Source: an uncultured Candidatus Peribacteria bacterium
GTDB taxonomy: Bacteria > Patescibacteriota > Gracilibacteria > UBA1369
DNA: 50,560 bases
Direction of reading: 5' to 3'
NCBI GenBank assembly: GCA_964526005.1
Contig: CAZGKO010000006.1
Span: 1-50,560 of the forward strand
Positions 27,757 through 34,686 of the stretch are shown here, in pieces (the stretch's first letter is position 1; every line of letters begins with the position of its first letter). The translations under genes and the position numbers were made by a program. Below the pieces are notes generated by a model. The model was not told the DNA's origin. It saw nothing but the letters and a program-made list of their open reading frames with translations, and searched no databases.

Positions 27757-29172
27757 ATGGAAGAAAAAAATAATTTGACCGAAGGATCAATAATAAAATC
27801 ATTATTAGTTTTATCAATTCCTATAATCTTTGCAAACATTTTACAAACTGCTTACCAATTAACAGATACTTTTTGGGTCGGTCATCTTGGAGCTGTCGCT
27901 GTTGCTGCTGTTTCTATTAGTTTTCCCATTATTTTTTTCATGATTTCTTTGGGCGGTGGTTTGGCAATGGCTGGCACTATTTTTGTCGCTCAATATAAGG
28001 GGAAAAATGATAGAAAAACTGTAAATCATATTACCTCTCAAACCATGTTAATAACCATTGTCGTCTCGGTTATTCTTGCGACTATAGGTTATTTGTTATC
28101 ACCTTTTTTTGTTAGCTTAATAGGTGTTGAACCAAATGTTTTTTTGAGCGCTGTTTCATATATGAAAATATCTTTTATTGGAATGATTTTCATGTTTACC
28201 TATATGGTTTTTCAATCTTTAATGCGCGGTGTTGGAAATGTTAAAACACCCATGTACATTGTCCTCGTAACAGTTTTATTAAATCTCGTTCTTGATCCCT
28301 TATTTATATTTGGTTACGGATTTATTCCTGCGTATGGCGTGAGTGGAGCCGCAATTGCCACAATAGGCACGCAAGGTTTAGCCGCAATTGTTGGAATATT
28401 TTTACTCTTAAAAGGTAGATATCAGATACAGATTTATTTAAATGATTTAATGCCAGATTTTCAACTAATAAAAAAAATGTTTAAAATAGGGTTTCCCGCT
28501 TCTATCGAACAATCAACAAGAGCGTTCGGAATGATAGTCATGACATTTTTGGTTGCGATCTTCGGAACGCTAACCTTAGCCGCATATGGAATTGGAGTCA
28601 GAATTTTGAGCTTTGTCATTATTCCCGCCTTAGGAATGTCAATGGCGACCTCGACTTTAGTTGGGCAGAACATTGGTGCTGGTAAAATACAGAGAGCAGA
28701 GAAAATAACCAAGTTAAGCGCTATAATTGGTTTTATTGTATTAACAATAATAGGAATAATTATGTTTTTGTTCGCGAAACAGATTTCGGCAATATTTATC
28801 CCTGGAGAATTAGAAACTATTCAAAAAAGCGCTTTATTTATTAGAATAATGGCTTTAACTTTTGGATTTATCGGAATACAGATGGCATTAAACGGAGCAT
28901 TCAGAGGTTCGGGGAATACGCTTATCTCTATGGCAATATCACTTATAGCATTATGGGTATTAAGAGTTCCTATTGCGTATGTACTTTCAATGCATACACA
29001 TTTTGCTGAAGTCGGAATTTGGATAGCGTTTCCAGTCGCGAATATAATTACGGCAATAATTGCAATAATTTGGTTTACAAAAGGGACATGGAAACAAAAG
29101 AAGATAACAGAAGAAATAAAATTTACAAGAGAAACAACTAAAGAAGCGATTATAGAAGAAGGATTAAACTAA
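27757..29172 (+). CDS. MATE-family multidrug/efflux transporter
   Basis: 471 aa with 12 predicted TM helices. The N-terminus, GSIIKSLLVLSIPIIFANILQTAYQLTDTFWVGHLGAVAVAAV, is typical of NorM/DinF-type MATE proteins. Confidence 0.88.
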   Translation: MEEKNNLTEGSIIKSLLVLSIPIIFANILQTAYQLTDTFWVGHLGAVAVAAVSISFPIIFFMISLGGGLAMAGTIFVAQYKGKNDRKTVNHITSQTMLITIVVSVILATIGYLLSPFFVSLIGVEPNVFLSAVSYMKISFIGMIFMFTYMVFQSLMRGVGNVKTPMYIVLVTVLLNLVLDPLFIFGYGFIPAYGVSGAAIATIGTQGLAAIVGIFLLLKGRYQIQIYLNDLMPDFQLIKKMFKIGFPASIEQSTRAFGMIVMTFLVAIFGTLTLAAYGIGVRILSFVIIPALGMSMATSTLVGQNIGAGKIQRAEKITKLSAIIGFIVLTIIGIIMFLFAKQISAIFIPGELETIQKSALFIRIMALTFGFIGIQMALNGAFRGSGNTLISMAISLIALWVLRVPIAYVLSMHTHFAEVGIWIAFPVANIITAIIAIIWFTKGTWKQKKITEEIKFTRETTKEAIIEEGLN

Positions 29173-29177
29173 ATAAT

Positions 29178-29490
29178 ATGAGATACTTATCTAGTGCGGA
29201 AGAAAAGAAAGCACTTGAATATATCATTAAAGAAAACCGCTGAAGTTGCTCAACATGCAACTTGTGAAAGATCAAAATGTGGTTCTGTGATTGTTCAATT
29301 AGATGAAATAATTGGCAGCGGTTTTAATAGTCCGCCACAAGATATTGAAGAACAAATGGGCATAATGGATGCTGTAAGAAGAAATTCAGATGTGTTGTCT
29401 GGTTCAAAATTGTATTTTGTCCGTCTTGATGATAAACTTATAACAAATAGATTCTTTGTATGCCTATTGCCTATGAGGCAATTCTTGTAA
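29178..29490 (+). pseudogene. Degenerate cytidine/deoxycytidylate-deaminase-like gene
   Basis: The ATG at 29178 opens MRYLSSAEEKKALEYIIKENR*. The frame then shifts to ...KKTAEVAQHATCERSKCGSVIVQLDEIIGSGFNSPP, which is the deaminase N-terminal pattern. The HAE and PCxxC zinc-ligand motifs cannot be found afterwards. Confidence 0.5.
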
Positions 29491-29508
29491 AAAATAGCCA
29501 ATAAAATT

Positions 29509-29847
29509 ATGGAAAGGGGAAAAATAACGGAGCCTATTTCAGAAGCAGAACCGTCGCCAGTTGACATTTCTGGTCAGGTTGCTGATATATTTAATAGCGA
29601 TAGCAAATATGCGTCTATAAAGGTAAACGAATTTTTACATTCTAAAGAAATAAGCAAATTGCCAGCAATAACGCTCACGCTGGACTATAAAACATTGGGG
29701 CATGCGAAGTGGGTAAAAGCTTTTTTGGAATATCCATACCCAAGAACTCAAAAACGATCCGCAGCTATTCGAGCTACCGAGTCCCAAAGGGACGAGGCAG
29801 CCAATATTTTTGCTTCTAATGTTACATGGATCCCTGTTGAGGAGTAA
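29509..29847 (+). CDS. Hypothetical protein, 112 aa
   Basis: ORF only. The region appears more GC-rich than its surroundings and I recognise no family. Confidence 0.3.
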   Translation: MERGKITEPISEAEPSPVDISGQVADIFNSDSKYASIKVNEFLHSKEISKLPAITLTLDYKTLGHAKWVKAFLEYPYPRTQKRSAAIRATESQRDEAANIFASNVTWIPVEE

Positions 29848-29910
29848 CGTTGTTTATAACATCACATTAATAATACATATGCGGTTCAAAAAAATTAACA
29901 GTTTAATCTC

Positions 29911-30348
29911 ATGAATCAAAGGTATGAACAATCGGCACAGTTAGATATTCAAGAGGTTGGATTAAGCTCTAAAGAAAAAAAGAAATTGAGAATAGAGCAA
30001 AGAAAGGCGAATTTAGCCGCAATAAAAGAAAAAATTAAACGAGGCGAGACGTATGGTGATATAAAAGTTTCTCGTAGAATACCAAAAGAGATAGCTTTAG
30101 CCGTGCAAGAACGCGATAGAGGTCGAGATTTTGGGCGACCTCATCATATTTGTAAACATCCAGGTCCACCTCATCACATAGTCTACTTTAAGCATTTTTT
30201 ACATGGTGAGACAGAGGGCAGCCCACATACAATGAAAAATCTCGAATCCCCCTGTTCCGATTGCCATAAACTCGCCCATGAAATGAATATTCCAAGTGGT
30301 ACTTCTATAGAAGTTTTTTTTAGATCAAAATTTAAAAATCTTTCTTAA
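29911..30348 (+). CDS. HNH-endonuclease-like protein (first zinc knuckle apparently degenerate)
   Basis: 145 aa. Contains IPKEIALAVQERDRGR...HHIV...MKNLESPCSDCHKLAH. This fits the HNH pattern (RD.GR, HH, N, CxxCH), but the first CxxC pair is absent. It overlaps the convergent pyrD stop by 4 nt. Confidence 0.5.
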   Translation: MNQRYEQSAQLDIQEVGLSSKEKKKLRIEQRKANLAAIKEKIKRGETYGDIKVSRRIPKEIALAVQERDRGRDFGRPHHICKHPGPPHHIVYFKHFLHGETEGSPHTMKNLESPCSDCHKLAHEMNIPSGTSIEVFFRSKFKNLS

Positions 30349-31475
30349 TTTTTACCAATTGCTTGTGAAATATTTTTGTAACCATCTTTTTCCAATAATG
30401 TCACAATACCTTGATTGATTTCACTGATTAGTTGTGGCCCCTTAAAAATCATACCGGTAATTAATTGAATTAATGATGCGCCAGCTTTGATCTTTTCATA
30501 AGCATCTTCTGCGGAAAATACTCCTCCGCATCCTATGATGATATATTTACATTTTGTCTTTTGATATATATATTTTATTAATTGCGTTGAAAGATCTCTA
30601 ACTGGTTTTCCGCTAATTCCTCCAACCGTTTTTATATCTTTGTCTTTTAAGTATTTTTTAATTTTTATATTTGTTCTGTCTTTTGTTAAATTTGCGCAAA
30701 TGAATCCGGCAATTCGATGATTATTGCAAATATTTATTATATCATCCAATTCATTTGTATTAAGATCTGGTGCCAACTTTAAAAATATAGGTTTATCACA
30801 TGGTATTTTTTCAATTTCTATAAGAAGATCATTCAGATCTTTTGGTTTTGTAAAAGGTCGGCCACCAAATGCGTTAGGACAACTTATATTTATAGTTATA
30901 TAATTGCCAATATCTTTAAGTGTAATAAAAGCTTTGATATAATCATTTATACCCGCCTCCTTATTAGCAGTATATTTGCAGTTTGTTTTAGCAATACTTA
31001 TGCCAATTGGAATATTAAATTTCTTATTTTTTAGTTTCTTAGCAATTTTTTCGCATCCATCATTTTTTAATCCATAATAAACTATGAGACCTTCAGATTT
31101 TTTAAGTCTCCATAAGCGTGGTTTTTTATTTCCTTCACAGGGTTCTCCCGTTATTGATCCTATTTCTGCGTAACCAAATCCAACAGCAGGTAATATTTTT
31201 GTAATATACGCATTTTTATCAAATCCTGCCGCCAGACCAATTGGGTTTTTGAATTTTATTCCTAAAATATTTTGTTCTAATTTTTTATTTGAATAATTGA
31301 AAAATATTGATGTTATTGATCTTGTAATGAAGTTGGATCCTAAAAATTTTCCAAAAAATATTATGTTATCATGTACCTTTTCAGGGTCTATATGAAAAAC
31401 AATCGACTTTACAATATGTTTGTACAAGAATCGATTAATTATGTTTCTAATTTTAATAAGATTTTCTTTTATCAA
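30345..31475 (-). CDS. pyrD: Dihydroorotate dehydrogenase
   Basis: 376 aa. Contains NPIGLAAGFDKN, GFGYAEIGSITGEPCEGNKKPRLWRL, NISCPNAFGG, and the C-terminal FMN site GCGGVFSAEDAYEKIKAGASLIQL. Confidence 0.85.
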   Translation of the reverse strand: MIKENLIKIRNIINRFLYKHIVKSIVFHIDPEKVHDNIIFFGKFLGSNFITRSITSIFFNYSNKKLEQNILGIKFKNPIGLAAGFDKNAYITKILPAVGFGYAEIGSITGEPCEGNKKPRLWRLKKSEGLIVYYGLKNDGCEKIAKKLKNKKFNIPIGISIAKTNCKYTANKEAGINDYIKAFITLKDIGNYITINISCPNAFGGRPFTKPKDLNDLLIEIEKIPCDKPIFLKLAPDLNTNELDDIINICNNHRIAGFICANLTKDRTNIKIKKYLKDKDIKTVGGISGKPVRDLSTQLIKYIYQKTKCKYIIIGCGGVFSAEDAYEKIKAGASLIQLITGMIFKGPQLISEINQGIVTLLEKDGYKNISQAIGKN

Positions 31476-31547
31476 TTTTATCTTAATATTTAAAATTTCA
31501 AGTATTTGATAAATTTTTTACAATAATTTTTTCTACCAAAGTTTTTG

Positions 31548-31748
31548 TTATTGCTTCTTTTTTTGGAAAAACTGTATATAAATAATAGGTAAGATACCCA
31601 ATGTATTGAACACAATAATAACGATAAACCATATAAGTTGATTATTTCTTGCAGATTTCCATACTCCTATCCCTTTCCAAATAAGTTCCCAAATAATCAA
31701 AGGAATTAACCATATTAACATTGATGTACTAAATGCCATATTATCCAT
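31548..31748 (-). CDS. Small two-TM membrane protein (DUF5652-like)
   Basis: 66 aa: LIWLIPLIIWELIWKGIGVWKSARNNQLIWFIVIIVFNTLGILPIIY. Confidence 0.55.
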   Translation of the reverse strand: MDNMAFSTSMLIWLIPLIIWELIWKGIGVWKSARNNQLIWFIVIIVFNTLGILPIIYIQFFQKKKQ

Positions 31749-31772
31749 ATTTATTATTTAATTAGTATTATA

Positions 31773-31783
31773 CCCCCCCCCCC
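31773..31783 (-). repeat. Homopolymeric G11 (C11 on the plus strand) directly abutting a TATAAT box upstream of the small membrane-protein gene
   Basis: The minus strand reads ...TTAGTTAAGAAC-GGGGGGGGGGG-TATAAT-ACTAATTAAATAATAAAT-ATG. Confidence 0.9.
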
Positions 31784-31836
31784 GTTCTTAACTAAGAAAT
31801 ATCTCTTGAGAGCAGTCAATCTGTTTTGTCTTGTTC

Positions 31837-31877
31837 CAGATCATTTAATCGTTTATGATCTGAAACATTATGATCTA
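31837..31877. promoter_or_regulatory. Three copies of the ATGATCT half-site (8-bp perfect inverted repeat CAGATCAT-N10-ATGATCTG plus a direct repeat TTATGATCT 16 bp downstream) upstream of the DUF1573 cluster
   Basis: Read directly from the sequence, 75-115 nt upstream of the ATG at 31952. Confidence 0.3.
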
Positions 31878-31951
31878 CATATAACATGTTTTGCGCTTAG
31901 ACTTCAAGTTTAAATATAATGTATTCAATTTTAAAAACTAAATAATATGAT

Positions 31952-32446
31952 ATGAGTAAAACTACAATAATAATTATTATCTTATCTATATTTGGATTTA
32001 TAGGTTTTGCTTGGTGGGGTAATTCTCATCAAAAACCCTTACAAGAAAATCCAAGTAGCAAAAGTGCACTTGTAGCCTCTCAGGAAGTTTATGATTTTGG
32101 CACAATTTCTATGAAAAATGGTGATGTTAATAAAGATTTTACAATTACTAACCCTACCGATAAAGATATTCTTATCTCTACTATCACTACTTCATGTTCA
32201 TGTACCACCGCATTTATTATTGGACCTAATGGTAAAAAGAAAGGACCTTTTGGCATGGCAGGTATGGATTATATGGAATCAGCTAATGAAACAATTAAAG
32301 CGGGGCAAAGCGACATTATTCAAGTGGTTTATAATCCCAATGCTCATGGTCCAGCTGGAGTAGGACTTATTAATAGAACGATTTTTTTAACTGAAGATTC
32401 TGGTGCACAGCTTCAATTAGAAATAAAAGCTTTGGTAACTCCATAA
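31952..32446 (+). CDS. Membrane-anchored DUF1573 domain protein
   Basis: 164 aa. N-terminal TM anchor, then YDFGTISMKNGDVNKDFTITNPTDKDILISTITTSCSCTTA, the DUF1573 signature with a CxC motif. Confidence 0.7.
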   Translation: MSKTTIIIIILSIFGFIGFAWWGNSHQKPLQENPSSKSALVASQEVYDFGTISMKNGDVNKDFTITNPTDKDILISTITTSCSCTTAFIIGPNGKKKGPFGMAGMDYMESANETIKAGQSDIIQVVYNPNAHGPAGVGLINRTIFLTEDSGAQLQLEIKALVTP

Positions 32447-32476
32447 TCATAAAAATATTTATTATAAATTTAGAAT

Positions 32477-33583
32477 ATGAAAAAGAAAAAGAAAAATATC
32501 ATTCTTCTAATAGGTATTGTAGAGGTTTTACTTGTTCTAGCAGTCGCTTGGTTATATGCAGCACCATTGATATTTAAATCTCAACCGGAAAATAATATTG
32601 GTCAAAGCAAAATAGAGGAACAATCTAAATCAACTATTTCTCCGAAAGCAGCCAGAAATAATGCAAAACAAATAGCAGCATTAACTGAAAAAGTTGTGCC
32701 ATCAGAAGGGGTTGTTTTACCTGTCAGCTGGGGAAACTTGGGGGCACAATTGGTTAAGGATGGAGTGATAGATAAAGATAAATTTGAAACTCTATATCAA
32801 CAAAGAGGATCATTTACTCAAGAATATAAAGATCTACTTTTAGGGAATAATAAAGGTCAATTAAAAATAACTAGAAGTAATTCGGGGTATTTATTAAATT
32901 TATTTTGGGCATTAGGTTTAGCTAATAAAAATCCTATTTTAGACGAAATGACTAAATCAGTTAATGGGAGAACACAAGATCTTGCTGCTACTGGCGGTTG
33001 GACCATTGCCAAAGGTAATCCTATGAAATATTATAATCATTATAAATTACTTAATTTAACTACTAAACAACAAGCTCTGGTTGACAAGGTATCAAATGGT
33101 ATATATCGACCATGTTGTGGTAATTCAGCTCATTTCCCAGGTTGTAATCATGGTATGGCAATGTTGGGATTTTTGGAATTAATGGCTTCGCAGGGTGCAA
33201 GTGAACAAGCGATGTGGAATGCCGCCTTAACCGTTAATTCCTATTGGTTTCCTAATACTTATCTAACTATTGCCACTTATATGAATAATAATGGTATTGA
33301 CTGGAAAAAGATAAATCCTCAAGGAATATTAGGACATGATTATTCTAGTGCTCAAGGATACGCTAGAATTGCTTCCCAAACTATTCATCCTCAATCAGGA
33401 GGAAATAGCGGAAGCGGATGTGGTGTTGGTGCTGGAGTAGCAGCACCCCCAATACAAGCGTCAAATCCCCAATCAGGAGGAAATAACGGAAGCGGATGTG
33501 GTGTTAGCGCTGGAATAACACCACCAACACAAGCATTAAATCCTCAACCTATACAGAAACAACAAGGTGGATGTGGCATATAA
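32477..33583 (+). CDS. Membrane-anchored Cys-motif protein of unknown function with a repeated G/S/C-rich C-terminal tail
   Basis: 368 aa. N-terminal TM anchor, central motif YRPCCGNSAHFPGCNHGMAMLGFLE, and a tail with two PQSGGN(S/N)GSGCGV modules that ends in QQGGCGI. Confidence 0.6.
   Translation: MKKKKKNIILLIGIVEVLLVLAVAWLYAAPLIFKSQPENNIGQSKIEEQSKSTISPKAARNNAKQIAALTEKVVPSEGVVLPVSWGNLGAQLVKDGVIDKDKFETLYQQRGSFTQEYKDLLLGNNKGQLKITRSNSGYLLNLFWALGLANKNPILDEMTKSVNGRTQDLAATGGWTIAKGNPMKYYNHYKLLNLTTKQQALVDKVSNGIYRPCCGNSAHFPGCNHGMAMLGFLELMASQGASEQAMWNAALTVNSYWFPNTYLTIATYMNNNGIDWKKINPQGILGHDYSSAQGYARIASQTIHPQSGGNSGSGCGVGAGVAAPPIQASNPQSGGNNGSGCGVSAGITPPTQALNPQPIQKQQGGCGI
33389..33583 (+). repeat. In-frame tandem repeat of 78 bp then 75 bp, plus a partial third copy, at the 3' end of the Cys-motif gene
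   Basis: CCTCAATCAGGAGGAAATAGCGGAAGCGGATGTGGTGTT... at 33389, CCCCAATCAGGAGGAAATAACGGAAGCGGATGTGGTGTT... at 33467, and a partial copy from 33542. Confidence 0.85.
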
Positions 33584-33614
33584 TTAATAATTAAAATTTA
33601 TAACTAATATTAAT

Positions 33615-34448
33615 ATGAAAAAAATATATATTTTAGCAATCTTTCTTCTAGCATTTGCTTTAGCAGGGTGTGCATCACAATCTTCTCCAACAAAAAATTC
33701 TTCTTCAACAAATAAAAACAATACCGCACTAGAAACCAATGTTAAAACAAATAGCGGGCTATTATTTAAGGAAACAAGTTTTGACTTTGGTCTTATAAAA
33801 CAATCTGCTGGACCGGTTTCTCATAATTTTGCTTTTACTTATACCGGTAAAAATCCTATTAAAATAGTTGGTCTTCCTACTAGTTGTGGATGCACGAGTG
33901 CTACAATGACTCCGACAAATTTAAAACCAGGTGATTCTGGAATACTTACAGTACACTTCAACCCAAATCTTCATGCTGAACCTAAAGGTAAATTTTTCAA
34001 AACTGTATCAATAGTAACAGAGCCAAAACTGGAAAATACTCCAGAAATAAAAATTTGGGCAGAAATTAATTTAGATTTAGGTCCACAAGCTTATGAGCTA
34101 AATAATGAACATGTCGAAGATGGAAAAACCGAATCTGTGGAAAAATATAAACAGGTAAGCGCCGAAGAGTTTAATAAAATGTTACAGCATAAAGATTTTA
34201 CTTTAATAGATGTTCATATTCCTACACAGGAACATATCAAAGGGACTGATTTAGTGATTCCTTATAATGAAATTGCAAAATATAAAAATAAATTACCTAA
34301 AAATAAAGACGCTAAAATAGTAGTTTATTGTCGAAGTGGTGGCATGAGTCGAGCAGCAGCCAGTGTTTTAGAAGATCAAGGATATACTAATATTTATGAT
34401 TTAATCGGAGGGAAAAATGCTTATGATAATTTCTTGAAAAACCAATAA
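33615..34448 (+). CDS. Lipoprotein with an N-terminal DUF1573 domain and a C-terminal rhodanese domain
   Basis: 277 aa. Lipobox LAGC, DUF1573 signature FDFGLIKQSAGPVSHNFAFTYTGKNPIKIVGLPTSCGCTSA, and rhodanese active-site loop VVYCRSGGMSRAAASVLEDQGYTNIYDLIGG. Confidence 0.75.
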   Translation: MKKIYILAIFLLAFALAGCASQSSPTKNSSSTNKNNTALETNVKTNSGLLFKETSFDFGLIKQSAGPVSHNFAFTYTGKNPIKIVGLPTSCGCTSATMTPTNLKPGDSGILTVHFNPNLHAEPKGKFFKTVSIVTEPKLENTPEIKIWAEINLDLGPQAYELNNEHVEDGKTESVEKYKQVSAEEFNKMLQHKDFTLIDVHIPTQEHIKGTDLVIPYNEIAKYKNKLPKNKDAKIVVYCRSGGMSRAAASVLEDQGYTNIYDLIGGKNAYDNFLKNQ

Positions 34449-34471
34449 TCATTAGAAAAATAGTGTGAGTA

Positions 34472-34518
34472 CACAATAAACATCCAATTTTATAATATAA
34501 AATTGGATGTTTATTGTG
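34472..34518. terminator. Long perfect hairpin (20-21 bp AT-rich stem) after the DUF1573/rhodanese gene
   Basis: CACAATAAACATCCAATTTTAT-AAT-ATAAAATTGGATGTTTATTGTG. No clean T-tract follows. Confidence 0.5.
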
Positions 34519-34686
34519 GTTGAAATAGTGATATTTAATTATCATTAACATAACCAGCATGGTTTTTCCCATAAATCGCTATACCTAAATTTGCCAGTAA
34601 TATACTTCCAGCGTATCATATATTTACACAATATCACTTATATGTGAGACACATATTAGGCGATATTAAAAAAAACTAATACTAAT

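Noticed and set aside
29295-29567. A 90-aa minus-strand ORF overlapping the deaminase remnant.
   Set aside because: It lies antisense to the deaminase remnant, matches no family I recognise, and spans the gap between two plus-strand ORFs.
34387-34572. A 61-aa minus-strand ORF.
   Set aside because: It overlaps the 3' end of the rhodanese lipoprotein gene and the long terminator hairpin, so it is spurious.
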